This document shows positions 1 to 28,460 of a stretch of DNA of 64,000 bases, in pieces. Position 1 is the stretch's first letter; each line of letters begins with the position of its first letter. The position numbers were made by a program, and so were the translations under genes. This DNA comes from the human T2T-CHM13v2.0 reference genome, Homo sapiens: assembly GCF_009914755.1 (NCBI RefSeq), contig NC_060933.1. One strand, written 5' to 3'. The notes below the pieces were generated by a model. It worked only from the letters and a program-made list of their open reading frames with translations, was not told where the DNA came from and did not search any database.

Positions 1-321
1 TTAAAGTGGAAAAGTTTTGGCAATGCCCACAGAGGTCTAAAAAAAGAAAGTGCAAATTGTTCAGTATGACTTGAAGGATGACTAGAAGAGGAGAATGGCA
101 AAAGATAAGTTCAGCAAGTCAGCAGGAACCAGGTAAGGAAGGACTTTGAATTCCATAATAAAGGGTTTAGGCTTTAGACTGAGGATCATACTGACATTTT
201 AGAAAGATCCCTCTGGCAGCAGCATGGAAAATGGATTGAGAGCATTCAAGTGGCTGAATTTGAGTTAGTAAGGAGGTAGATGTCATAACTTGGTCACTGA
301 GTAGACAGCAGAAAGACAAGG

Positions 322-630
322 AGGCGAGGTGCGGTGGCTCATGCCTGTAATCCCAACAGTTTGGGAGGCCAAGGTGCGAGAATCACTTGAGGCCAGGAGT
401 TTGAGACCAGCGTGGGCAACGTGACAAGACCCAGTCTCTACAAAAAACTTAAAAATTAGCTGGGCATGGTGGCACACACCTGTGGTCCCAGCTACTCAGG
501 GGGCTGAAGTGGGAGGATCACTTGAGCCCAGGAGGTCAAGGCTCAATGAGCTAATAATCCTGCTACTACAGTCCAGTCTTGACAACAGAGTAAGACCCTG
601 TCTCGAAAAAAAAAAAAAAAAAAAAAAAGA
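322..630 (+). mobile_element. AluJ
   Basis: Dimer with A tail; TSD AAAGACAAGGA. Confidence 0.88.
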
Positions 631-1467
631 CAAGGATGACCAGTAAGCTTCTGGCTGGGACACAATTAGAAATAATGGGGCAGTAGGAGCTAACCAGGAG
701 AAAGAGGAGGGGAGGAAGTGATGGAGATATTTAGTTTAAGGTACCCCTAGAATTGTCCATCTAAACAATTTCTATGACAGTGCTAACAAATTTCCCTGGA
801 CGTGAATAATCAAATAGTATTTCCAGATTCCATTATATAATTCTTATGTATTTTTATCCAAACAAAACAGAGTTTATTCCTTCAAATATTTATCAAGGCC
901 CAGAAGCTCTGCTAGGCCCTAGGCTTACCATAATAAACAAGACAAATATCCCTGCCCGGGGAAGCTTTCAGTCTGGCAGGGAAGGTATAAAATAAACAAA
1001 TAAATGTGTGATGGATGTTTTGAAAAGGAAAATGAAAGCATCTGTTAAGTTGGTCCCAGCCCGTTTGTTGCTGAGCAGGTCAGGGAGGCCTTCCTGAGTA
1101 AGAGATGAAGGTGAGCAAGAGGCTTAGCCAAGTGGGGAGTGAGTGCTCCAGGCAGAGGAAGCAGGGTGCACACAGGCCCTCATACAAAGGCACCTGTGTT
1201 GAGAAACCCACAGCCCAGCATGGCAGGGGACAGTTGCCTTATCAGAGGGAGGCAGGGCTATGGCAGCACAGCTAGGAATCCTGGACTTTACCCTAAGCAG
1301 CCAGTGAAGCCTGGGTGAGGCCTGAGCAGCTGCTGCTGGCTCGTGTACAGCAGACAGGCCCTTCAACCGAAATATCCTTAGAGAAATTCTTTTATACTGG
1401 CCCCCTTGTTGCCATTGGAAAAAATTAAATTGGTGTTTTTGGAACCTCACCTAAGAAGAACCACTAA

Positions 1468-1756
<289 letters not shown>

Positions 1757-2118
1757 GTCTATCCCTGTTTTAATTGGCACGTAGCTAAGGCTAACATAAA
1801 GAAAATGAAAAAGGTTGCATTCATGACGAATGAAATACAATACATATAAAACATTTTTTCAAAATAGGAAAACTCTTCCTTTTAAAATAAACTGTAGTCT
1901 GGGCACTCTAATTATATTGTAATTTTCTATCACACACAGATCCTAAGATCCTAATACCACTCACAACAATTTTATAGAAAATCAGGGGTCATTTCTAATT
2001 ATGTTATAAAATGTGTATAAATGCAGCTTATTTAAAATGAGAGGCATGTCCAGGTCCCTGACATAGCCCCAGCCCGCGCTGTGCATCTTCACGGTGGACT
2101 AAAGGCAGCATTCCTGAC

Positions 2119-2257
2119 CTCGCCAGCCACTCGGCCGCGGCCTTGTTGTCGGCAGCCTGATGTTTGCTGAGTGTGTCCGTGGGCTCCTCTCTCTTCAGCC
2201 TGGCGTAGGGGTGCTTCGGACAGTGGCGGTTTGCATGGGTGAATCTGCTCAGGCAGC
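2119..2257 (-). CDS. ZNF367: ZNF367 coding exon 4
   Basis: Acceptor TTTTGAAG|GC, donor GAG|GTCAGG; 139 nt encoding (G)CLSRFTHANRHCPKHPYARLKREEPTDTLSKHQAADNKAAAEWLAR; final exon lies outside the window. Confidence 0.93.
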
Positions 2258-2523
2258 CTTCAAAACACAAGGTTAACACCTGTCAGGATCTGGACATCCA
2301 GCACATAGACATGTGGAAAACATTCAGTTTCACTGGTATCCAGAAAAGTAAATTAATATGGTGAAATTTAGGATCTATAATTTGGAGGAGAAAACAATCA
2401 AACCAGCACAGTCTCATCAGTGCTAGAGCGGGGACAGGAAGACAGTCACATTTTGGTCGTGGCCATGTGTGTCCAACACCATTGGAAAGTGATTTATTAG
2501 CATGAGTTCAAAATGTTCAAAAT

Positions 2524-3740
<1,217 letters not shown>

Positions 3741-3942
3741 TTAGAAACTGATAAAAGATTAAGAAAATCACTTAGGATAATATGCTTACTTCACTTTAAT
3801 AATTAAAAAGTTTAAAATGTTGCTCCAAAGGCTGTATTTACTTTTACAGATTTTTCTACTGCCTACAACTGGATATAGTATCTTTAATTGCCCTTTAAGG
3901 TTTCATCAAAAAGGATTACTTTATTTAAAAATCAATTATTTC

Positions 3943-4372
3943 TTAAGCCAGGCACAGAAAGACAAACATCACTTGTTCTCACTTATTTGTGGGATCTAAA
4001 TATCAAAACAATTGAACTCGTGGAGATAGACAGTAGAACAATGGTGCCCAGAGGCTAGGAAGGGGAACTGGGGGATGAGGGGCAGGTAAGGATGGTTAAT
4101 AGGTACCAAAAATAGAAAGAATGAATAAGACCTAGTATTTTATAGCACACGGTGACTATAGTCAATAATAATTTAACTGTACATTCTAAAATAAGTTAAG
4201 AGTATAACGGGATTATTTGTAACACAAAGGACCCATGCTTGAGAGGATGGATAGCCCATTTACCATGTGATTATTATGCATTGCATGTCTGTATCAAGTA
4301 TCTCATGTACCCTGTAAATATGTATACGTACTGTGTACCCACAAAAATCAAAACCAACAAATTTTTAAAATC
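3943..4372 (+). mobile_element. L1MA 3' end
   Basis: AAGCCAGGCACAGAAAGACAAAC...GACTATAGTCAATAATAATTTAA...TGTACCCACAAAAAT. Confidence 0.8.
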
Positions 4373-4514
4373 AATCATTTCTGAGAAATTCAGCATGTAT
4401 CACAATTATCAAAGAAGAAAGCTTATAAAGTTTTATAAAATTTATATTAAAAAATCTTTCCCCTCAAAAAAATTCAAGGAAAGGATATTTTAACTGTTAA
4501 GTCACAACTAGTTA

Positions 4515-4685
<171 letters not shown>

Positions 4686-6309
4686 TTATATCTGAGATAA
4701 TAAGGCCAGAAGAGGAGGGGGATGGGGAGAGAATCAGCCTTTATATAGGTCATGACTCCCAATAACAATAAAACATGTCATGGCCCCTACTGAGCTGCAG
4801 GTGGAAATGCTAATGGCAGCACTTGGGTGGCATCAATGACTATCTGCTGGGGAACACAATCTATTCTTTAGGCCTTGAGGTTATCATCTTGAGCTTATCC
4901 CATATTTTTTCTCCCTCATACTCCAAATCACTAGATCTTGCTGATTCTTCACTATGTCTTCCACCCACTCCTGCCTTCCCACTCAGCTTCCCCTGGTCAG
5001 ACGGGCAGCCCTCCCACTAGGATGAACCCTCCGACAGCCTCCTGGCCGGCCTCTTGTTTCTCCCCCTGCACAGCAATCCCAGAGTAGCTGGCATAGAAAT
5101 CTGCTTTTGTCATACCAACTAGCTCCTGAACCACCCCCAAATCCTATTACACACCTTGGACAACTAAAAATTATCTGCTGACTTAAATGGTCCTCTAAGA
5201 TCGGCACTCTAGGCAATCTCACCAACCTCATTAGCTACTGGGGTTAAGGGGCAGAGTTTATCCTTACTTCCCTCCTGGAGAATCATTCCAGCCAGGAGGC
5301 AGTTCCTCATCTTGTTCTAATCCTTGAAAATCCTATTTTCTCTGCCCATTCAAATCTTCCCAATCCTGTAGGCTCTCAGTGAGATTCTTCCTATCTCCCC
5401 AAATAACTGAATTCTTCCTATCTACCTCCAAATAATTGAACTTTGTATACCTTCATTAACCTGGGGTCCTGTGTTGTTTATGTGTCATGGTAGTCTCCTG
5501 CAAAGATTCCTAGTACCTTATACTTCACTTAAATTCCTATAGACAACACAGTGCCAGGCTCAAGTGCTGAAAAATTTGTTAATGATAATTAAACATTATT
5601 TATTGAAAAAAACATTATTTAATCAACAATTGTACATTAGTTTGCATTTTCCAGTATAACTCAAAGAATAACAAGTCCTCCCTAAATTTCTCATTATTTA
5701 GAGACATAATAAATGGTTGTGATAGTTGAATACAAGTTAAAATAAAACACAGATATAGGGGGATTGTTTAAAATAGTAAGGGAAAAGCTTTTTACAAAAT
5801 ATGCTAATAGGGCTCAACTATCCCTTAGGGATCCTCCTTTCAGTTCCTTGATGTACAGACATCTAGGCTGATGCCTGGGGTATCAGGTGACACAGTGAGG
5901 TAGTGGTGATCAGGACGGCACTCAGCCCTTTCTTCATTCTGCCACATAGTCTTGAATCTTACCCACACTGGCAACTCTACGGCCTACAAACCAGTTATCC
6001 AGGGGATATTTTAGAATATTTAGATTGAAAAAAATATATAAAAATTCTCAAAATTAGAATGTTTCATTAAGTAATCATTTTACTAATGGTATCCAAAGTC
6101 AAAACTTCTAGACACCTTAGTTTATAATGATTTAAAATTCAAACATTACCCCTTTCCAGGGATTTAACTTAAAAAAAACCTCTATTCTATCATATCATTT
6201 AAATATATATTTTCAAAAACCACAAGTTAAAAAAAAGTGAGAAACAGGTGAGCACCATAAACATGGTGGAAAAAAATAGGGGACTGAGGGTTACAGGCTT
6301 AAGTTCTAA

Positions 6310-6890
6310 ACCAGTACTGCCCAATGAAAGACAATATGAACCACTTCTAGAAGGCACATTAGAAAAAGTAAAGAGAAAGAGGTGAAATAAATTTTTTTTT
6401 TTTTTTGAGATTGAGTTTTGTTCTTGTTGCCCAGGCTGGAGTGCAATGTCACATCTTGGCTCACCGCAACCTCCACCTCCCGGGTTCAAGTGATTCTCCT
6501 GCCTCAGTTTCCCGAGTAACTGAGATTACAGGAATGTGCCACCACACCTGGCTAATTTTGTATTTTTAGTAGAGATGGGGTCTCTCCATGTTGGCCAGGC
6601 TGGTCTTGAACTCCTGACCTCAGGTGATCCACCCACCTCGGCCTCTCAAAGTGCTGGGATTACAGGCGTCAGCCACCGCACCCAGCCATGAAATTAATTT
6701 TAATAATGTATTTTATTTAATCCAATTTATCTAAAAGTGTCATTTCAATACATAATCAACAGTAAAAATTATTGTTTACTCTTTTTTTCATATTAAGTAT
6801 GTTTTATATTACTGCCCATCTCAATTTAGACTACCCACATTTCAAGTGCTCAGGAGTCACAGTGGCTACTGTATGGGGCAGTGTAGCTCT
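6310..6890. mobile_element. MER3/MER33-like hAT element split by an Alu (6391-6687, minus)
   Basis: GGTGAAATAAAT|Alu|GAAATTAATTTTAATAAT...CACATTTCAAGTGCTCA. Confidence 0.6.
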
Positions 6891-7530
6891 AGCTTTAAAG
6901 GTATGAGAGACTGATTGTAAGCCGGTAGTAGTTGGATTTTTGGCACTTCAGTTTCCTCACCTGTAAACTATTAGATGAACTATAAGGTTCCTTCCTTTGG
7001 GGCCAACTTTATAGCGAGAACAAGGGCCCTCTATACTTTTTTTTTTTGGCTCTCTAAATGATATTTAAAATGCAAATATAATTTCCATATGCAAATAAAG
7101 ATGTACCATAATCTTGAGATGGCTGCCTACCATAGTTCACCACAGATTTAATGCTTAGGTCAAATGTCCTGATAGCACAGTGAGGACTCTAAACATTCTA
7201 TTAAAAACTTGACAATTAATGTTTTTGGCCTACAGATGAATTTTAACAATTACATAGATAAAAGTATATCAAGTACAATTTGGGCAAGTAGGGGGTAAAA
7301 CTAAATTTGCCAATAACATGACTATGACATCTAGGTTAATTACCATGATAACTTTAGAAATCACATGTAACCAGTATTCATAAAACCACCACTCTCCACC
7401 AAAAAGAAACTGACTATACTGCCTTTTTAAAAAACTTCACAACTAATAGTGGTAATAAGAAAATATAAAGCAACTAAAAAGTTAATTTATTACTCAATAT
7501 CAAATCAGCATTCAGTTAAGTGTTACTTCT

Positions 7531-7844
<314 letters not shown>

Positions 7845-7883
7845 GTTACTTCTGGCAGTCTCTATAAAATTTGCTCAACTTAC

Positions 7884-8034
7884 CTGTATGAGTCCTTTTG
7901 TGAGCCTGGAGCGATTTCTCCCGTGGAAACACCCTATTACAGATGTTACAACGGATTCTGCTGGATGAATGCTCTCCTTCATTTATTAAATCGCGGACAG
8001 TATCTGCTCTGGGCCTACCACGTCGGATTCCATC
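7884..8034 (-). CDS. ZNF367: ZNF367 coding exon 2 (first C2H2 finger)
   Basis: Acceptor CAACAG|GAT, donor CAG|GTAAGT; 151 nt encoding DGIRRGRPRADTVRDLINEGEHSSSRIRCNICNRVFPREKSLQAHKRTHT+G, in frame with exon 1. Confidence 0.96.
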
Positions 8035-8269
8035 CTGTTGATAATTTTTATAAACATTAATATAATTTATTTAACGCTACTCATTAAAGCAACGTATCAT
8101 AATATAACTTTCAAAAATCTTTCTTGGGAGCTGGGCGCAGCGGCACACACTTATAGTCCCAGCTATTTAGGAGGCTGAGGTAGGAGGATCACTTGAGGCC
8201 AGGAGTTCGAAGCAACATAGCACAAAACATTTTTGTTTTGTCTCTAAAAACAAAGCAAAAGCCTTTCTT

Positions 8270-15870
<7,601 letters not shown>

Positions 15871-16438
15871 AGAAACTTTGTTTCCCAGTTAAGTGAACTT
15901 TCACACATACAAGTTACATGAAAAAAAATCATAAAAGGATCATATACAACTACTTCTAAAATGAAGATGCTTTTAGGGCTTTCAATATCAAAACTCAAAG
16001 CCTTCCAAAAGCTTAAACATCAGCCTGAAACCTTGAAGGATAGTAATAAGCTACAGCAAAATTCCCTTCAATCAAATTTTCACATTGAAAGAAAAGTTCA
16101 ATCCCTACATGGATGAATTATCTTCTAGGATAAATCATGTTTTATGAAAATCCTTAGATATTAAAATCTATATTCAGCACAACTTAATGACCTGATTTCA
16201 GTCTTATACCATGAATATTCAAATTAGTTGTACACTTACTACTTTTATTCTGAAAGTCTAAAGAAAGTTTTCAAAAGATTTAATGAAGTCTTTACCTATT
16301 TTTCCTTTAGTCTTTAGATTCAGGCAGCGTACTAAACAGGAACACCTAAAAATTATTAATAACTGAAGAAATATGTTTTATGTTGGTAAATTCTCATTAG
16401 CCATTACAGTTAACTTTTTTAATGATTAAGACCGTGGG

Positions 16439-17739
<1,301 letters not shown>

Positions 17740-17741
17740 CG

Positions 17742-17950
17742 TTGGACACAGGAAGGGGAACATCACACACCGGGCCTGTCGCGGGGTGGCGGGAGCGGGG
17801 AGGGATAGCATTAGGAGATATACCTAATGTAAATGACGAGTTAATGGGTGCAGCACACCAACATGGCACATGTATACATATGGAACAAACCTGCACGTTG
17901 TGCACATGTACCCTAGAACTTAAAGTATAATAAATAAATAAATAATAAAT
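17742..17950 (+). mobile_element. L1PA 3' end (5'-truncated)
   Basis: GGACACAGGAAGGGGAACATCACAC...GTACCCTAGAACTTAAAGTATAATAA, the L1PA 3'UTR terminus, then A-rich tail. Confidence 0.9.
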
Positions 17951-17969
17951 ATTTTTTAAAAAACAATGT

Positions 17970-18500
17970 GGGAAGGCTACATATACAAAAGAAATGAAAA
18001 CAGAATCTCAAAGACATATTTGCACATCTGTGTTCATTGCAGCATTATTCACAATCGATAGCAACCCAAATGTCCACTGACTGATGAATGGATAAATAGT
18101 GCTATATACAGTTTAGCCTAAGCAAACTCAGTGTGTTAGTAACAATGGAAAACTACTCAGCCTTCAGAAAGATGGAAATCCTGCCATATGCCATAACATG
18201 GATGAACCTTTAGGAAATTATGCTAAGTAAAACAAACCAGTGACAAAAAGGCAAATACTGCATAATTTTACCTATATGAGGTATCTGAGGTCATCAAACT
18301 CTTAGAAGAGTGGTGGTGGCCAGGGACTAGAGAGGGGCGGGGGAAAGGCAAGTTCAGTGAGTATAGAGTTTGTTTTACAAGATGAATAAATTCTAGGGAC
18401 TTGTTGCACAACCGTTTACATATAGTCAACACTACTGTACTGTATACTTAAAAATGGTTAAGGTAGAAAATATTATCGGGTTTTTGCCACAATTTTTAAA
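17970..18500 (+). mobile_element. L1MA/L1MB 3' region
   Basis: GTTCATTGCAGCATTATTCACAAT...ATGCTAAGTAAA...TACTTAAAATGGTTAAG. Confidence 0.75.
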
Positions 18501-18623
18501 ATGTCAGAAGGCACTGTGGCAGATATTATTGCAAAAACATTCACTGCCCCTTTCACTGTGGGTCCAGAGTGCAACTTAGCCATATGACTTGCTTTGGCCA
18601 ATAAAATGTGAGTGAAAATAGCC

Positions 18624-19020
18624 TGTGTAGTTTGGATGTTTGTCCCCTCCAAATCTCATGTTGAAATTTGATCCCCAGTATTGGAGGCGGAGCCTAGTGG
18701 AACGTGTCTGGGTCATAAAGACAGATCCCTCATGAACATCTAGACGCTGTGCTCGCTCATATTGTTACCATGAGATCTGACTGTTAAAAAAAGCCTGTCA
18801 CTTCCTCCCCTCCCTCTTGTTCCCTCTCTCACCATGTGAAACCTGCTCCCCTTCGCCTTCTGCCTTGATTCGAAGCTCCCTGAGGTCCCTCACCAGAAGC
18901 AGATTCTGGTGCCATGCCTCTGGTACAGCCTGCAGAACTACAACCCAAATAAACCTATTTTCCTCATAAATCACCCACCTTCAGGTATTCTTTTATAGCA
19001 ATGCAAAATGGACTAATACA
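18624..19020 (+). mobile_element. MST (MSTA/B) MaLR LTR nested in an older MLT1 LTR (~18515-19232)
   Basis: GTTTGGATGTTTGTCCCCTCCAAATCTCATGTTGAAAT...CAAAATGGACTAATACA; flanks have MLT1-like GACTTGCTTTGGCCAAT. Confidence 0.8.
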
Positions 19021-19714
19021 ACATACGGTTCTACCATCTCTGTTTTCTCTCTGCTTTGAGACCCATCTGTCCCAGCTTGGAGAGATTCCTTCAGGATCCT
19101 AGAATGAACAGAATGTGGAGCACACCAGTGGTCAACCCTCCCAGGACACATAACATGAGCCATGTTGAGGCTGAGATTGCCATCTTGAAGTTGCATTCTG
19201 CAGCCTGCTTTTTAGCCTGAGCTAACTGACTCAGTGGGTTAGTAACGAATATCTGTTGATGAAACAAAAAGCTCATCAACCTTACTTAATTACTCAAGAA
19301 ATTCCCATGCATAATGAAACAGGAATTAGCAAGATCCTAATGGACCATGACTTATTAAAGTACAAATTAACAAATCAACTTCTGGCCATGATTGGTGGTC
19401 ATCAAATTCTTTCATCTTCTTTACTCCTTGGCTGTGATCCTCAGTAGCCACATATAGCTCAAGTCTTGCTTGCTAAAATTATTAACACAGAGTCAGACAG
19501 AAGGAGCTACACAGGAGTGAAATCTTCATTGCCATCATTTATTAAGCCACAATAATTTCATGGATTATTGCTGGTTATGGTCATATCATGAATAATTGTT
19601 TTAATAAGTACAAAATAAATATAAAAGAATATAGCATCTGTGATCAATAAAAATAGGAGCTGATTCTGTTAAGAAAGAAACAGAACATGAAATCAGGACA
19701 ATTAAAAACCACAG

Positions 19715-21300
<1,586 letters not shown>

Positions 21301-21473
21301 AAACAAATAAATATGCAAGAACATATTGCTGACTTTTGCAATTTGAAATAACTGATTAGTTAACATAAAAAAAAAAGTTAACCATATGGCTGCCTCCCAG
21401 CAACTCTAAGAGACTGTTTCTGCCACCAGCAACACATTTATATTTTCCAAATGAGAAATGGAGTGAGTGCTGA

Positions 21474-26106
<4,633 letters not shown>

Positions 26107-27140
26107 AGGTTCTGTTCTTTCAAATGTTTACTGAGGTGCAGTTTCAAGAGCTGAAGTGTATAAAAACCTATAGTTTTATAACCTTATAATTATTTAATAA
26201 TAATGCCACATAAAATATATCAATTTCCTCAAAACCCAAACAATGTAGTTTCAACATCCTTGTGACTGCATGTAAAATGATCAAACTCGTTTCAACTTAT
26301 ACATTATGTGCTGATACAGATGCAGTTATCCACTATGTGATTTACTTGTTATCTCTTGCAAATTGCTTATCTTATACAGCCACTTAACAAATGGAACCTG
26401 GATATTACCCTTCTGTTAGCACCATTCATTCATTACACAAATATTTTTTGAGCACCTTTATTGAGCATTTACAGAATGTAAGGTAGTAAAGTCATATAGT
26501 CTTCTAGATAGAAATACTCCTGGCTCACCTGGAGCTTACAGTCTACAGAGTTCAGTATAAGTCAGCAGAAAGTCACCCCAAACACATGCAGGACTAAAAG
26601 CCACAAAACCTCGACCTAGTCCCCGCTCTTCCACTACTGAGCTGTGCCATCGTGGGAAGGTCGCCTCACTAATCACTGTAAGCCCCAGCTGCCTGATCTG
26701 TAAAATAGGTTTGAACCAGTGGTAACGACCTTCCCAGCTTTAAGCAGTCGGAGACTGCAAGCAATTTTAGCGTCCCATTCCACTATGTGCTCTCAACACC
26801 TAGCAAGTAGTATGCTGGATAAATGAAAGGCAGCGAAGGCACAACTTCAGCCGCAGAACAGGCCCAGAAGTCCTTTCTTGCTCTTCGGCTGTCTCTGCAG
26901 GGCATCTTTTAACAGGGCGAGGGCGATCTGCAGTAATGGAGCAAACACTGTGCGCTCCCTGCCCTCTCGCAGTCGGTGGAACAACTCAAGGCCCTCATCC
27001 CTCTCGTTTCCTCTCGGAACTGAGGACTCGGCAGCCCGCCGGGAGGATGTCAGTGGCCGTTGACCCGGCCTCCCCAGCGACCCCGGGCCGCGCTCCCGCC
27101 CACTGCACCTGCCGCAAGGACGGTCTCCCGCGCCGCTCCC

Positions 27141-27202
27141 GCCTGTCACGTGACAGGCCCCCCCCGACTGGGGCCGGTTTTTGGCGCGCGGCAGTGACGT
27201 CA
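27141..27202. promoter_or_regulatory. Intron 1 motif cluster: E-box palindrome, E2F site, CRE
   Basis: GCCTGTCACGTGACAGGC 27141-27158, TTTGGCGC 27180-27187, TGACGTCA 27195-27202. Confidence 0.6.
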
Positions 27203-27332
27203 GCATCCTGTCAGCCGCAGCCCCCGCCGTAGCCGGATCGACCTCGCGTTTTCAACTCCGCCCCGCCCGCCGCACCGTTAACGGGCCCCGGCTGCCCCAC
27301 GTCCCGCCCGCCCGCCCGCCCGCGCCGCTCAC

Positions 27333-27752
27333 CTTGAGGTGGCCGCTGTCTGGGCTGCTCGCTTCCTCCTCGTCCTCACCTCCCGAGGCGGCGGCGGAGG
27401 CCGAGGCGGCGGGCGGGGGCGCGCCCCGGCCACGAAGCCCCGAGTGCTCGGCGGCTGCGGCTGCAGGCAGGGCGGCCGAGGCGGCGGCCCCCGCGGCCCC
27501 AGGGCTGAGCGTCACGTTGTGTGCGTTCTCGCCCCAGCGCCACGGGTACACCATGAAGTCGCTGAAGCCGGGGCTGGTGGGGATGAGCGGCGGCGGCGGC
27601 TCCGGCTCCCCTCCACCGCCGCACGTTGGCTTGATCGGGGTCGTCCTGATGACCGACACCAGCACCCGCTTCGGGGAGTCGTGGCAGAAGATGACGGGCG
27701 GCGGCGGCGGCGGCGGGTTCTCCGCCATGGGCGCCTCGAAGCCCCGGATCAT
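27333..27752 (-). CDS. ZNF367: ZNF367 coding exon 1 (aa 1-140, Pro/Ala-rich N-terminus)
   Basis: ATG at 27752 gives MIRGFEAPMAENPPPPPPPVIFCHDSPKRVLVSVIRTTP...SGHLK; 420 nt, ends at donor AAG|GTGAGC; lies in a CpG island; protein recognised as ZNF367. Confidence 0.96.
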
Positions 27753-27841
27753 CGCCCGGCCCGACCCCCAGCTCCGGCGGCCCCGGGCCGCACTCCTGAG
27801 CACCGCTCTGCCCCTCACTCGCTCTGCTCCGAGTCGCAGGC

Positions 27842-27859
27842 TCAGTCCTGCCGGCTCAT
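27842..27859 (-). other. Candidate uORF (MSRQD*) in ZNF367 5' leader
   Basis: ctgccATG AGC CGG CAG GAC TGA on the minus strand, ending about 90 nt before the main ATG. Confidence 0.55.
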
Positions 27860-28103
27860 GGCAGACTGACGTTTCCCGGAATCCTGCGCAGCAGCCACCT
27901 AACTAGTTGAGCAGACGGCACCGGCGGGCAGGGCTGGACCCCAGCCCCAGGTCAAGCGCGCCCTCCGCTCTTTGTACTCCGCAGCGCAGGCTGCAGGGGT
28001 GGGAAGCAGCGGGCGGCCCGGCCCTTGCGGTGACAGGAAAGCAGGACGCGCGGCGCTGAGCCCCCAAAAATAACAACCTGCCGCCGCGGTGCCTGCCCCG
28101 GCT

Positions 28104-28460
28104 TTTCCCGCGTTACATTTCGCGCCTGGGCGGAACCAGTCACCGCGAGGCCGCTGCCCGCTGGCCGCACCGGCGAGTGACAGGCGGCGCGAGCCAATGG
28201 CCAGGCCTGGCCTTCTTTCCAGCCGGCCGGGGCGGGGCCGGGTCTGCGCGCGGGTCCTTCCCACCTCGCCATTGGCCGCCGCTCTTATATTTTTTTCTGT
28301 CTGGAGGGCCAACAGCGTTCGAAACTCCAGTGGAGCGCGCGGCGTCTCCACTCGCCCGGACACACCCGCCTGCCGCCCCGCCCCGCCGTCCCTCCGCGTG
28401 GTTAGTCCGGGCCAGGGAGACAAGGGCGGCGGGGAGGGCGGCAAGAGGGCGGCTGATTGG
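28104..28460 (-). promoter_or_regulatory. ZNF367 proximal promoter: tandem E2F sites, three CCAAT boxes, GC boxes
   Basis: TTTCCCGC 28104-28111, TTTCGCGC 28118-28125, GGGCGG 28128-28133, CCAAT 28194-28198, ATTGG 28271-28275 and 28456-28460; typical cell-cycle promoter layout. Confidence 0.78.
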
